Assembly (NCBI GenBank): GCA_044866005.1 | Contig: JBIOTN010000175.1 | Location: 15,261 to 79,260 of the forward strand | Reading direction: 5' to 3' | DNA: 64,000 nucleotides | DNA from: Candidatus Rokuibacteriota bacterium | Lineage (GTDB): Bacteria > Methylomirabilota > Methylomirabilia > Rokubacteriales > DASRDR01 | Part shown: in pieces, positions 37,101 through 47,311 of the stretch | Numbering within the stretch: the first letter of the stretch is position 1 | How the letters are laid out: each line of letters opens with the position of its first letter | Notes under the pieces: generated by a model | What the model was told of the DNA's origin: nothing | Databases searched by the model: none | The model's input: only the letters and a program-made list of their open reading frames with translations | Translations under genes and position numbers: made by a program

Positions 37101-40100
37101 GGGCCCCGGGCCGGCCTCCCGGCCGCGGACAACTGCCCGACGAGGCGGCCCGCGTGCGCGCCACCACCGATCTCGACACCTCGCTCCTCGTCGAGGCGCC
37201 CGCCGGGAGCGGGAAGACCACCCTCCTCGTCGCCCGCATCCTCGCCTGGCTCATGAGCGGCCGCGCCCGCCTCTCCCAGATCGTGGCCATCACGTTCACC
37301 GAAAAGGCGGCGGCCGAGCTCCGCCTGCGCGTCCGCGAGAGCGTGGAGGCGGCGCGGCGCGCGGCCCCGCCCGCCGAGCGCCCGGTCCTCGACCAGGCGC
37401 TGGCCGACCTCGACCTGGCGCCGATCCGGACGATTCACGGCTTCTGCGGCGATCTCCTCCGCCAGCGGCCGGTCGAGGCCGGCGTGGACCCCGGCTTCGC
37501 CATCGCCGACGCGCTCGGCGCCGGGCTCGCGTTCGAGGAGACGTGGGAGCGGTGGCTGGAGGAGGCCGTCGCCGGGGCGCCGCCCGCGCTCGCGGAGGCC
37601 GTGGCGCTCGGGGTCTCGGTCGAGACGCTGCGGGCCCTGGCGCGCGCGATGCTCGAGGACCGCGAGCTCCTCGACGGGCTCCCCGGACCGCGCCTGGAGG
37701 ACACGGCGGCGCTCAACCGCGAGGTCCGCGCGCGGCTGCCGGCCTTGCTGGCGAGCGCGCCGCCGAGCGCCCGCGCCGAGCGCGACCGGCTCGTCCAGCA
37801 TCTGGGAGAGCTGGCCGCGTGGGTCCGGCAGACCGATCCCTTGCCGGACGCCGAGCAGGTGACGGCCGTCCTCACCGAGCTGCCGTTCCGCAAGGTCGCG
37901 CACCTCGGGACCCAGACCGCGTGGGGACGCGAGCGGATCGCGGACGTGCGCCGGGAGCTCGCCGAGCTGACGGACCGCGTCGCCGCGGCGCGGACGATCC
38001 GCCTCCACAACCTCGCGGCGACCCTCGGCGGCTGGCTTCGCGGCTTCACCGCCGTCTACGAGGAGCGCCTGCGACGGGGCGGCGCCCTCGACTTCCACGG
38101 CCTGCTCGCGCGCGCCCGCGACCTCGTGCGCGACCGGCCCGACGTGCGGCGCGACTTCCAGCAGCGCTACCGGACGATCCTGGTCGACGAGTTCCAGGAC
38201 ACGGACCCGCTCCAGGTCGAGATCGCCTTCTTCCTGGCCGAGGACCCCGCGAGCCCGCCCGCCGCGACGTGGGAGGCCGTCCGGCTCGCGCCCGGCCGCC
38301 TGTTCGTCGTCGGCGACCCCAAGCAGTCCATCTACCGGTTCCGGCGGGCCGACATCGAGACGTACGAGCGCGCCCGGGAGCGCATCGCCGCGCAGGGCGA
38401 CGTCCTCATGCTGACGACGAACTTCCGCTCGGTCGGGCGGCTCCTCGACGCCGTGAACCGAACGTTCGCCGATCAGATGCAGCCGCCGGACGACGGCCGC
38501 TACCAGCCCGCCTACGCGCCGGTGGCGCGGGCGCCCGACACGCCCGAGGGCGAGGGGCCGCTCCTGCTCGAATGGCCCGCGGACGCGCCCCCGTCGCCCG
38601 CCGCCGGCGCCGACGACCGCCGCGCCCGCGAGGCGGCCGCCCTGGCGCGTCTCGTCGCGCGCGCCGTGGCGGAGGCGGCGTGGCCCGTGCGCGAGCGTCA
38701 GGGCGGCACGACGCGGCCCGCGACCTTCGGTGACGTGGTGTGCCTGTTCCGCACCTACGTCGGCGTCGCGACGTACGAGGAGGCCTTCCGCGCGGCGGGG
38801 GTGCCCTTCCGCACGCTCGGTGGCCGCCAGTACTACGAGCGCTCCGAGGTCGGCTGGGCGCTCGCCGCGCTCGCCGCGATCGAGGACCCCTACGATCCGG
38901 TCGCGCTGGTCGCGGCGCTCCGCTCGCCCTTCTTCGGTGTCCCGGACGGCGCGCTCCTCGCGCACGCGGCGGCGGGCGGGCGCTTCTCCTACCTGGCCCC
39001 GCTCCCGGCCGAGGCCGACCCCGGCCTCGCGGAGGGCTGGCGGCTCCTGCGCGAGCTCCACGGCCGCCGCACGCGCGAGAGCCCGGCCGCCGTCGTGGAG
39101 GCGCTCTACGCCGAGACGGAAGTGCTCGCCACCTACGCCCTCGACCCGTTCGGCGACCAGCGCGTGGCGAACCTCCTGCGGATCATCGACACCGCGCGCG
39201 GCCTCGAGGCGGCGGGCCGGCCGACCTTCCGCGCGCTGACGCGCTGGCTCGGCGCGCAGACCACCGGCGGCTACGAGGAGAGCGAGTCGCCGGTCGCCGA
39301 GGAGGGCGACCAGGTCGTCCGCTTCATGACCGTCCACGCGGCGAAGGGTCTCGAGTTTCCGGTCGTGATCGTGCCGGATCTCGACTGGGACCGCGCGCCC
39401 CGGACGCCGCCGCTGCTGGTGGACCGCCGCGCCGAGGGCGCGACCCTCGGCGTCTCGCTGGGCAAGGCCGGGGAGTTCCGCGTGGAGACGGAGAACCTCG
39501 CCGCGTTCCAGGAGCGCGAAGCGCGGCGCGCCGAGGCCGAAGCGCTGCGGCTCTTCTACGTCGCCACGACCCGCGCGCGCGACCACCTCGTCCTGCCGCT
39601 CCTCTTCGCCGAGCCGCGCGGCTTCGCCGGCTTCTGCGCCCCCCTCTGCGACCCGGCGTGGGACGGCGCGCGGCGCGTCGCCCTCCAGGCGGCGGACGTG
39701 GCCGCGGCGGCGGGCGGGGACGCGCCCGAGGCGGTGGGCCAGGCGGCGGACGCGCTCGTGCCGCGCGCGGTGTGGGCCGCCGCGCGGGCGCGCGTGCTCG
39801 CGCGCGGCGCGACGGCGGCGACCGTCGTGCACCCGGGCAGCCGCCCGGCCGCCGCGGCGGACGGCGCCGGCCGGCGGCTCGGCGCGCTCGTGCACCTCGC
39901 CCTCGCGCTCGCCGAGCTCCAGGCGTCGGAGGGCGCGGCGGCCGCGGTCGAGGCCGCGGCGGGACGTCTCGGCGAGCGGGGCGAGCGCGTCGCGCTGGCC
40001 CGGCGACTCGTCGCGCGCGCGCTCGCCTCGCCGCCCTACCGGCGGGCGGCGACGGCGGCCCGCGCCTCCCGCGAGGTGCCCGTGGCCGCCGTCGTCGACG

Positions 40101-40315
40101 GCCAGCTCGTCGAAGGGGTCGTGGACCTCGTGTTCGAGAGCGTCGCGGGTCCGGTCGCCGTGGAGGTCAAGCTGGCGCCGGCCGACGCGGCGGCGCGGGG
40201 CCAGCTCGGCGCGTACTGCCGCGCCCTGGCGGCCGGCGGCTTGCCGGTCGCGGAGGCGTGCCTGCTCGTGCTCGCGCCCGACCGCGCGGAGCCGATCCCC
40301 GTCCCCGTTCGTTGA
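37097..40315 (+). CDS. addA: UvrD-family helicase/nuclease subunit A
   Basis: APAGSGKT, ITFTEKAA, VDEFQDT, VGDPKQSIYRFR, TVHAAKGLEF and YVATTRA motifs. Confidence 0.9.
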   Translation: MRAPGRPPGRGQLPDEAARVRATTDLDTSLLVEAPAGSGKTTLLVARILAWLMSGRARLSQIVAITFTEKAAAELRLRVRESVEAARRAAPPAERPVLDQALADLDLAPIRTIHGFCGDLLRQRPVEAGVDPGFAIADALGAGLAFEETWERWLEEAVAGAPPALAEAVALGVSVETLRALARAMLEDRELLDGLPGPRLEDTAALNREVRARLPALLASAPPSARAERDRLVQHLGELAAWVRQTDPLPDAEQVTAVLTELPFRKVAHLGTQTAWGRERIADVRRELAELTDRVAAARTIRLHNLAATLGGWLRGFTAVYEERLRRGGALDFHGLLARARDLVRDRPDVRRDFQQRYRTILVDEFQDTDPLQVEIAFFLAEDPASPPAATWEAVRLAPGRLFVVGDPKQSIYRFRRADIETYERARERIAAQGDVLMLTTNFRSVGRLLDAVNRTFADQMQPPDDGRYQPAYAPVARAPDTPEGEGPLLLEWPADAPPSPAAGADDRRAREAAALARLVARAVAEAAWPVRERQGGTTRPATFGDVVCLFRTYVGVATYEEAFRAAGVPFRTLGGRQYYERSEVGWALAALAAIEDPYDPVALVAALRSPFFGVPDGALLAHAAAGGRFSYLAPLPAEADPGLAEGWRLLRELHGRRTRESPAAVVEALYAETEVLATYALDPFGDQRVANLLRIIDTARGLEAAGRPTFRALTRWLGAQTTGGYEESESPVAEEGDQVVRFMTVHAAKGLEFPVVIVPDLDWDRAPRTPPLLVDRRAEGATLGVSLGKAGEFRVETENLAAFQEREARRAEAEALRLFYVATTRARDHLVLPLLFAEPRGFAGFCAPLCDPAWDGARRVALQAADVAAAAGGDAPEAVGQAADALVPRAVWAAARARVLARGATAATVVHPGSRPAAAADGAGRRLGALVHLALALAELQASEGAAAAVEAAAGRLGERGERVALARRLVARALASPPYRRAATAARASREVPVAAVVDGQLVEGVVDLVFESVAGPVAVEVKLAPADAAARGQLGAYCRALAAGGLPVAEACLLVLAPDRAEPIPVPVR

Positions 40316-40394
40316 TTTCCGACGCCGTGGGGCCGTATGCTTCGGGGGGGTTTGGGATAGCCTCGCGGATGGCACCGCCGCCGTCTGGCCCGCG

Positions 40395-40460
40395 TCCGAG
40401 CGGCGGCTCTGCCGCCGCCACCGAGGGGGGAATCGGGGGGGTCTTCCCGGACCCCCCGAG
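40395..40460 (-). repeat. Two-hairpin REP-like repeat
   Basis: Reverse complement is TCGGGGGG..CCCCCCGATTCCCC..GCGGCGGCAGAGCCGCCGCTCGGA. Confidence 0.7.
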
Positions 40461-40478
40461 ACAGCTCCGGAGGCGACC

Positions 40479-41825
40479 ATGAGCAAGCAGGTCATCCAGT
40501 CGAGCGTCCTCTACCGCGACCTCAAGCGCGAGTACCCCGTCATCGTCCGCGGCGAGGGCGTGTACCTCTGGGACGCGGACGGCAAGCGCTACCTGGACGG
40601 GTCGGGCGGCTCCTCCGCGGTGACCTCGATCGGGCACGGCGTGAAGGAGATCGCCGACGCCATGGCGGCCCAGGCGCGCAAGGTCGCGTTCGTCCCCATG
40701 CACCTGTTCACGAGCGAGCCGCTGCCGGCGCTGGCCGAGGCGGTCGCGAAGTTCGCGCCCGCCGACCTGAACAAGGTCTGGTTCGTCTCGGGCGGCTCCG
40801 AGGCCACCGAGAACGCCGCGAAGCTGGCGCGCCAGTACTGGCTCGAGCGGGGGCAGCCGTCCAAGTCCATCGTGATCGGGCGCTGGCAGTCATTCCACGG
40901 GAACCTCTTCGACTCGCTCGGCTTCGGCGGCCACACCATCCGGCGGCGAAAGTACGTGCCGATGCTGCAGGAAGGGAGCCACCTGCCGCCGATGTACTGC
41001 TACCGCTGCCACTTCAACCTCACCTATCCCGCCTGCGAGACCTACTGCGCCGACTACCTCGAGCGGCTCATCCGGATGCAGGGTCCGGAAAACGTCGCCG
41101 CGTTCATCGCCGAGCCGGTCGTGGGGGCGACGCTCGGCGCCGTCCCGCCGGTGCCCGAGTACTTCCCGAAGATCCGCCAGATCTGTGACCGGTACGAGGT
41201 CCTCTTCATCGCGGACGAGGTGATGACCGGCTTCGGGCGCACCGGCGCGAACTTCGCGGTCGACCACTGGGGGGTCGTCCCCGACCTGATCGCGACGGCC
41301 AAGGGCATCTCCGGCGGCTACATCCCGCTCGGCGCCGTCATCGTGCGCGACGAGGTCTTCGCGGCGTTCGAGCGAAACCAGTCGAACTTCGTGGGCGGCC
41401 ACACCTACACGGGGCACCCGGTGGCCGCGGCCGTCGGGCTGGCCGTTCTCCGCTACATCGAGGCCCACGACCTGGTGCGCAACGCGCGCGAGGTGGGCGC
41501 GCACCTCCTGGCCGGTCTCACCCGGCTCATGGCCAGGCACCCGATCATCGGCGACGTCCGAGGGCTCGGCCTCATGGTCGGGCTCGAGTTCGTCGCCGAC
41601 CGCCGGACCCGCGCCCCGTTCCCGCCGGAGCGCGAGGTCGCCCGGGCCATCGCCCTGGAGGCGCTCGACCGCGGCCTCGTCACCTATCCCGGCACGGGGT
41701 CCGTGGACGGGATCCTGGGTGACCACATGAAGTTCACCCCACCCCTCGTGCTCACGCGCGCGCAAGCCGACGAGCTCGTGGCGGCCCTCGACGCGGCGAT
41801 CGCGGCCGTCGAGGCGCGGCTTTAA
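40479..41825 (+). CDS. Class III PLP aminotransferase
   Basis: SGGSEA, SFHG, FIAEPV, DEVMTGFGRTG, AKG and GHTY motifs. Confidence 0.95.
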   Translation: MSKQVIQSSVLYRDLKREYPVIVRGEGVYLWDADGKRYLDGSGGSSAVTSIGHGVKEIADAMAAQARKVAFVPMHLFTSEPLPALAEAVAKFAPADLNKVWFVSGGSEATENAAKLARQYWLERGQPSKSIVIGRWQSFHGNLFDSLGFGGHTIRRRKYVPMLQEGSHLPPMYCYRCHFNLTYPACETYCADYLERLIRMQGPENVAAFIAEPVVGATLGAVPPVPEYFPKIRQICDRYEVLFIADEVMTGFGRTGANFAVDHWGVVPDLIATAKGISGGYIPLGAVIVRDEVFAAFERNQSNFVGGHTYTGHPVAAAVGLAVLRYIEAHDLVRNAREVGAHLLAGLTRLMARHPIIGDVRGLGLMVGLEFVADRRTRAPFPPEREVARAIALEALDRGLVTYPGTGSVDGILGDHMKFTPPLVLTRAQADELVAALDAAIAAVEARL

Positions 41826-41826
41826 T

Positions 41827-41919
41827 TTCGGCGGGGGCCTCGGACGGCCTCTCCGATGCCTCCCCCGACTCCGCTTCGGGCTGGGTGAGTGGGCCGGCGG
41901 CGAGCCGCCGCTCGAAGCG
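41827..41919 (+). repeat. Two-hairpin REP-like repeat
   Basis: TTCGGCGGGGGCCTCGGACGGCCTCTCCGATGCCTCCCCC..CGGCGGCGAGCCGCCGCTCGAAGCG, right after the TAA. Confidence 0.75.
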
Positions 41920-41997
41920 CTTCGGTGGAAGCGGGAGCGAGAGACGACGCGTGGCGGCCTTGATCAGGGTCCGCTGGGGACGGGCGGGAGGCGCGGC

Positions 41998-42609
41998 GTG
42001 ATCTGCCCGCAGTGTCGCGCCACGGTCCCGGACGAGAGCGCCTTCTGCCTGCGCTGCGGCGCGCGGCTCCGGTCCCCCGAGCGCCCCGCCCGGACCAACG
42101 GCGGCGGCTCGGCCCTGACGACCGCGCCGCGCGAGACCCCGCCGGCGAGCGCGACGACCCGAGGGCCCACGGCGGCCCCGGGCGGCAAGCACCCCTACGC
42201 CCTGAGCTTCAAGCCGCTCGCGGACGAGCGCCTGCGCTACCGCGTCGCGCGGTGGGTCTGCGAGCAGGCGCCGGCCCACGGGCTCCCCGACGTCCAGGCG
42301 GCGTTGACGCGGGGCGAGTTCGCCACCTTCCTGGCGCTGACCCATGATGAGGCCGGGCGGGCGCGTGCGGGCATCGAGGCGCTCGGCGTCCATCCCGCGC
42401 TCTGGCAGCTCGCGCCGGCGACGGCCGCTGAGTTGCTCCTGCCGCGGACGTCCCCGCCGGCGACGGCGGGCTGGAGCCTGCAGAAGAAGCTCGTCGTCGC
42501 GGTCCTCGCGGTCGCCGCGCTGGCCGGGTTGGGCACGGCGGCGATGTATCTGCACCATCCGGGCGCCCCGGTGTCTCCCGGCGCGCCCTCGATCGGAGGC
42601 CAGCCATGA
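41998..42609 (+). CDS. Zinc-ribbon membrane protein
   Basis: CPQC..FCLRCG at the N-terminus; one C-terminal TM helix. Confidence 0.75.
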   Translation: MICPQCRATVPDESAFCLRCGARLRSPERPARTNGGGSALTTAPRETPPASATTRGPTAAPGGKHPYALSFKPLADERLRYRVARWVCEQAPAHGLPDVQAALTRGEFATFLALTHDEAGRARAGIEALGVHPALWQLAPATAAELLLPRTSPPATAGWSLQKKLVVAVLAVAALAGLGTAAMYLHHPGAPVSPGAPSIGGQP

Positions 42610-43559
42610 GCGATGTCTCGCGCCGTGACTTTCTCGCGGGGGCCGCCGCGACGACCGCCGCGTCCGCCGTCGCCGCGTCCCCGGCCGCGGCCCTCGAGAC
42701 CGTCAACGTCGAGGCCTTCATCACGGGGGTCCGCGCGGCGCGCGTCTTCGATCTCGGCTTCACCTGGGACAGCCGCGCCCCCGTCCTGTCGCTCAACCCG
42801 CCGTTCGCCTTCGCGCTGAACGCCACGCACCGGCAGACGTACGAGGTCTTCGGGAGCGCGGCGGGGAGCCAGGTGTCCTGGGCGTCGGAGATCATGTACT
42901 TCTCGGGCCAGCACGGCGCCCCGACCATCGACGCCATCGGCCACATCGGGCGGAACCTGAAGCTCCACGGCGGGGTGGACGCGGTCGCGGCGACCGCGCG
43001 CCCCGACGGCATCGGCAACGACCTGGGGATCGAGACCTTCCCCGCCGAGCTGCTCCTCAGCCGGGGCCTGCTCCTCGACGTGGCCCGCGTCGTCGCGAGC
43101 GGACGACCGGATCCGCTCGCCTCGGGCTTCGAGATCACCGCGCGCCACCTCGAGGACGCCGCGCGCGCCCACGGCGTCACCCTGCGCCGGGGCGATGCCG
43201 TGCTGATCCGGACGGGGTGGGGTCAGTACTTCGGGAAGGACAACGCCCGGTACCTGGGCGAGAAGTCACCCGGTCCGGGGGTGGACGCCGCGCGCTGGCT
43301 GGCCGCGCAGGGCGTGCGGCTCACCGGGACGGACACGGCGACCTACGAGGTCCGTCCCGCCGTGCACGGCTCGGAGCTCTTCCCCGTCCACATGCTCCTG
43401 ATCGCGGACCACGGGATCTATCTCGTCGAGAACGCGAACCTCGAAGAGCTCGGCGCGGCCGACGTCCATCTCTTCCTGCTCGTCGTGCCGCCGCTCCGGA
43501 TCCGAGGGGCCTCCGGCTCCCCCCTCCGGATGCTGGCCCTGACCCCCCGGACCACCTGA
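42606..43559 (+). CDS. Cyclase-family (kynurenine formamidase-like) metallohydrolase with a Tat signal
   Basis: SRRDFL; QHGAPTIDAIGH; LIRTGW; H..ENANL; GASGSP. Confidence 0.85.
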   Translation: MSDVSRRDFLAGAAATTAASAVAASPAAALETVNVEAFITGVRAARVFDLGFTWDSRAPVLSLNPPFAFALNATHRQTYEVFGSAAGSQVSWASEIMYFSGQHGAPTIDAIGHIGRNLKLHGGVDAVAATARPDGIGNDLGIETFPAELLLSRGLLLDVARVVASGRPDPLASGFEITARHLEDAARAHGVTLRRGDAVLIRTGWGQYFGKDNARYLGEKSPGPGVDAARWLAAQGVRLTGTDTATYEVRPAVHGSELFPVHMLLIADHGIYLVENANLEELGAADVHLFLLVVPPLRIRGASGSPLRMLALTPRTT

Positions 43560-43632
43560 CCGCCCCGCCGAGGGCCGGCAACGTCTCGCAGTAGCGAAGG
43601 GTCTGCGCCCTAGTGGGATCATGCGCGAGCCG

Positions 43633-43718
43633 TCCGAGCGCCGGCTCCGCCGGCGGCCCACCCGCCCAGCCCGAAGAGGTTGGGGAATCGGGGGGGTGTT
43701 CCGAGACCCCCCCGAAAA
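43633..43718 (-). repeat. Two-hairpin REP-like repeat
   Basis: Reverse complement is TTCGGGGGGG..CCCCCCCGATTCCCC..CGCCGGCGGAGCCGGCGCTCGGA, right after the TAG at 43720. Confidence 0.7.
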
Positions 43719-43719
43719 G

Positions 43720-44304
43720 CTAGCGGGCCGACCAGGTGACCTTGCCGGACTTGCTGAAGAGCGTCAGGCCGGGCGAGCCGTCGGCCTCGAGGTTCAAGAG
43801 CGCCCGCCCCTGGCCGTCGCGGTCGTAGAGGCCGAAGGCCAGGATCCCGTCCACCGTCGTCCCGAGCACCGCGCGCAGCTTGCCGTTCTGCTCGAGCCGC
43901 AAGGCCGGCCGGCCGTCGGGGTTGACGAAGAGCTTCACGCCCGTCCCGCTCTCCCCGCCGGAGAGCAGGAGCTCGGATTGCGCCAGCGCGGCGCGCGTCC
44001 GCTCGTTCTCGTCGAGGAGCACGAGCACGGGCGCGCCCTCGTGCGAGATGGCGAGCGTCGCCCGCATGACCCCGCTCTTGTCCCGCAGCACGAACTGCTG
44101 CGCCTCGACGACGTCCGGCGCCTTCCGCGGCATCGGGAGCGGCAGCTCGACCCCCTTGGCCGTGGCCCACGGCACGGTCTGGCCCGCCGCGACGGCGGCG
44201 GCGACCCCCGCGAGGCCGAGGACGGCGAGACGTCGCCAGCGGCGATTCTCCCGCTCGAGGCGTTCGACGCGGCGGGTCAGCTCGGCGGTGGTCGGCTCGA
44301 TCAT
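43720..44304 (-). CDS. Membrane-anchored protein with beta-hairpin repeats, function unknown
   Basis: RVERLERENR then a TM helix; repeated L-x-D-x-x-G-x-x-R-A-x-L units; good RBS. Confidence 0.7.
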   Translation of the reverse strand: MIEPTTAELTRRVERLERENRRWRRLAVLGLAGVAAAVAAGQTVPWATAKGVELPLPMPRKAPDVVEAQQFVLRDKSGVMRATLAISHEGAPVLVLLDENERTRAALAQSELLLSGGESGTGVKLFVNPDGRPALRLEQNGKLRAVLGTTVDGILAFGLYDRDGQGRALLNLEADGSPGLTLFSKSGKVTWSAR

Positions 44305-44610
44305 TGGCGCCCTCCCTCGCATCGGCGGCGGTGGCGATACCGCACCGGGTCACGCGGCCCCCGCTACCCTGCCCTCCGCCGCGGCGCTTTGTCAAATCTT
44401 CAGGAGATCGGGGAACTCCCCTACGGCCCCGGCGGGGCAAAAATTGCGCGGCGCCGTGCAAGGGGGCGGGATCCCGGGCACGGCCGGCGCGCCCAGGCGG
44501 GCCGCGACGGCGGCGGGGCGGACGACGCGGGTTGGCGAGCGCTTTGCTCTGACGCCCGGTAGGCCCACGTGTGGCCCGCGGTCCACCGCGTCGTGACCCG
44601 GAGGTCGACC

Positions 44611-45381
44611 ATGATCCGACCCGCACGCGTCCTCGCCCCGCCCCTCCCCTCCGTGGCCTCCCTCGCCGACGCGCCGGCCGCCGGCCCCCCCGGGCCGCCG
44701 CGCCCCCGGGCCAGGCGGCCCGCCGTGCTGGCGGCGCTCCTGGCCGCCCTCGCCGTCGCCGGGTGCGCGGGCCCGATGAGGCAAGTCGCCCGGAGCGTCG
44801 AGCACCTCTACCGCTCCGATCGGCTCAACGGCGACCTCCCCAAGCACCGCGTCGCCGTGCTCCTCGCCTCCACGCGCCCGGAGCTCGGCCAGTGGCGGCA
44901 GTCCGCGTCCGACTCCCTCGTCGGCGTCTTCCGGGAGCAGCGGCCCGACGTCGCCGTGATCCCGTGGGAGGAGACGGTGAGCCGGATCAACGCGGCCGAG
45001 GCCACCGACGCCTATGCGGAGATGCTGCGGACCTACGACGCGACCGGCATCCTCAAGAAGGCGCACCTCAAGACGCTCGGCACCACCCTGAACACCCGCT
45101 ACATCGCGCAGCCCAGCCTGATCGTGTTCACCGAGCGCACCAACACGCGGCTGGGCTTCTTCGGGCTCCGCCTCGTGGAGACGCGCGAGGCGACGGCCCG
45201 CGGGCGGCTTCAGATCTGGGACGTGGAGGACGCGCGGATCGTCTGGACGGCGGAGAGCGAGGCGACGCTGGCCGGCGAAAACGTCCTCTCCCGCCCGATC
45301 GGGTTCGAGGTGATCCGCTTCGTGTGGCAGGACCTCGTCCGCCGCCTGCTAGACGGGAACGATCATCCACAGGCCAGCTGA
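44611..45381 (+). CDS. Lipoprotein of unknown function
   Basis: Lipobox VAGC, GGAGG RBS and typical codon bias. Confidence 0.7.
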   Translation: MIRPARVLAPPLPSVASLADAPAAGPPGPPRPRARRPAVLAALLAALAVAGCAGPMRQVARSVEHLYRSDRLNGDLPKHRVAVLLASTRPELGQWRQSASDSLVGVFREQRPDVAVIPWEETVSRINAAEATDAYAEMLRTYDATGILKKAHLKTLGTTLNTRYIAQPSLIVFTERTNTRLGFFGLRLVETREATARGRLQIWDVEDARIVWTAESEATLAGENVLSRPIGFEVIRFVWQDLVRRLLDGNDHPQAS

Positions 45382-45651
45382 CGCGAGCAGGAGCCCGAGC
45401 CCGACGAGGGCGCTCCCGGCGCCCGTCGCCAGACCGAACGCCAGCCAGCCGTAACCGATCGCGCCGAGGCCCAGGACCATGAGCGCGGCGCCGACGACGT
45501 TCCAGTAGCCCCACACCCAGGTGAGCGCGCGCCGCCGGAACACGAGCCACGTGAGGACGTGGGCGGTGACGCCGATCAGCACGACGAGCGTGGCGAGGGA
45601 GAGCGCCGTCCGCAGGCCCGAGCCCACCGTCTCGACGAGCCGTTCCAGCAT
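45349..45651 (-). CDS. Small three-TM membrane protein
   Basis: MLERLVET.., about 100 aa and hydrophobic, with a GGAGG RBS, downstream of the dioxygenase. Confidence 0.6.
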   Translation of the reverse strand: MLERLVETVGSGLRTALSLATLVVLIGVTAHVLTWLVFRRRALTWVWGYWNVVGAALMVLGLGAIGYGWLAFGLATGAGSALVGLGLLLASAGLWMIVPV

Positions 45652-45683
45652 CGACCCTCCCGGCGCGCGCGCGGCGCCGGGCC

Positions 45684-46460
45684 TCACTCCCGCGACAGGC
45701 AGTCGTCGGGGAGGCACTCCACGGGCGTGAAGTCGCGCTCGTGGATGTAGTCCGGCCGCTTGAACGTGAGCTGGGCGTTCTCGACGGGGTTGGCGATCGC
45801 GGAGAAGATCGTCCGCGGCCACGGCGACATGTTGCCGTTCGAGCCGTGGACCATGCAGTCGCCGAAGACGAGGCCCGTGCCGGCCGGTCCCGTGGCCGAC
45901 ACGATCCCGCGCGCCTCGACGAGCCGGGCGATGGTCGCGTGGTCGAGCGTCCAGAGCGGATAGCTCGTGGTCGCGGTGTCGTGCCCCGCGCCGAGCAGCC
46001 CGTACCGGTGGGAGCCCGGGATGAACATCAGCGGGCCGTTGAACTCGTTGACGTCGTCCAGGAACACGTGGAGGTTCAAGGCCGTCGGCTGGGGGACCCC
46101 GTCTTCCGCGTGGTGCGTCGCGAAGTCCTGGTGCCACTGCCAGACCTCGCCCGCGAACGGCGCCTTCGCGTTGACCTTGATCTGCTGGAGGTAGACCTTG
46201 CCGCCCGTGAGCTGCATGGCCGGCTCGAGGAGGCGCGGGTGCCGCACGAGGCGCGCGAAGAGCGCGCTGCGGCGATGGAGCGCGAACGCGGTCCGGACCT
46301 CGTCGCTCCCCTTCTCCCGCCAGTTCTCGGGCCGGCGCTCGGCGTAGAGGGCGGGCAGCTCCCCGCGGAGCCGTGCGGCCTCCGCGGGCGAGAAGAGGCC
46401 CGGCAGGACGAGGAAGCCGTCCCGCTGGTATCGCGCGACCTGCTCGTCCGTCAGCCACAT
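45684..46460 (-). CDS. Fe(II)/2-oxoglutarate dioxygenase (PhyH family, EctD/proline-hydroxylase-like)
   Basis: WHQDF, NGPL..IPGSH and HGSNGN..R motifs. Confidence 0.88.
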   Translation of the reverse strand: MWLTDEQVARYQRDGFLVLPGLFSPAEAARLRGELPALYAERRPENWREKGSDEVRTAFALHRRSALFARLVRHPRLLEPAMQLTGGKVYLQQIKVNAKAPFAGEVWQWHQDFATHHAEDGVPQPTALNLHVFLDDVNEFNGPLMFIPGSHRYGLLGAGHDTATTSYPLWTLDHATIARLVEARGIVSATGPAGTGLVFGDCMVHGSNGNMSPWPRTIFSAIANPVENAQLTFKRPDYIHERDFTPVECLPDDCLSRE

Positions 46461-46631
46461 GGGCGGGCCCTCCGTCGTCTCGCGCCGCGGGGTGGGCGTC
46501 TCCCGGCGGGGCAAGCCTAGCCGGGGGGACGCCGCCGGTCAAGGCGCGCCAGACAGGCGCGGCAGAACCGCACGGGCGCCGGGGTGGCCCGGCGCCCGTA
46601 TGGACGCTGCGTGGAGGCGGCGATCGCGGGT

Positions 46632-46853
46632 TTACCGCGACCAGTCGTAGATCGTGCCGGCCGCCGCCCCCACGCCGGTACCGATCAGGGCGCCACTCGC
46701 CGCCCCGCGCCCGCGGTCCTTCTTGTCGACGCCGGCGCCGATGGCGGCGCCGGCACCCGCGCCCACCGCCGCGCCGCCGAGCGTGCCGCAGGCGGCCGTC
46801 AGCAGCGCGAGCAGGGACAGGCCCACGATCGGGGCTACCACGTGCTTCTTCAT
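46632..46853 (-). CDS. Glycine-zipper lipoprotein
   Basis: Lipobox TAAC followed by GAAVGAGAGAAIG..GALIGTGVGAAAG. Confidence 0.85.
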   Translation of the reverse strand: MKKHVVAPIVGLSLLALLTAACGTLGGAAVGAGAGAAIGAGVDKKDRGRGAASGALIGTGVGAAAGTIYDWSR

Positions 46854-46974
46854 GGGACTCGACCTCCTAGCCGGAGTCGGTGGAGCAAACGACGTTCCAG
46901 GCCCGCCTCGCTGCCTGCCGGGGCGTCCCCTCCGACGCCCTTCCTACACACCGACGATCACCCTCGCGCAGCCT

Positions 46975-47200
46975 GCCTGCGGGAGCGACCGACACCACGG
47001 TGCGGCTCAATCGGGTGCACGACAACGCCCTGGGCGGGATCCAGGTCGGCGAGGGCGGCACCGGAAACCTCTTGCAAGCCAATCGGGCGCGCCAGAACGG
47101 CGTGTACGATCTGGCGGACTTCCCACCCGGCCCCTGCGCTCTCAACACATGGAAGGCCAACCGCGGCACACATCTCCTGGATGGCTGCGAGACGGGCTGA
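46975..47200 (+). pseudogene. C-terminal remnant of a right-handed beta-helix protein
   Basis: TTVRLNRVHDNALGGIQV..GNLLQANRARQNGVYDL..NTWKAN, with no credible start. Confidence 0.45.
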
Positions 47201-47311
47201 GCCCCTGCTCCTGTGTGACCGGCAGGCCAACAGACGGCCCCCTTGGCGACGCCGCATCCTCGCGGCCCTGCACACGTCCCGGGCTTTGGGCTACAATAAG
47301 GCGCGAAGGCC

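Noticed and set aside
170..40495. Very long alternative ORFs (e.g. N-terminal parts of 170-4261 and 35366-40315; 32613-36863; 36995-40495; 12241-14541)
   Set aside because: These are Arg/Pro/Gly-rich shadow frames expected at this GC content. They overlap genes with clear motifs on another frame or strand.
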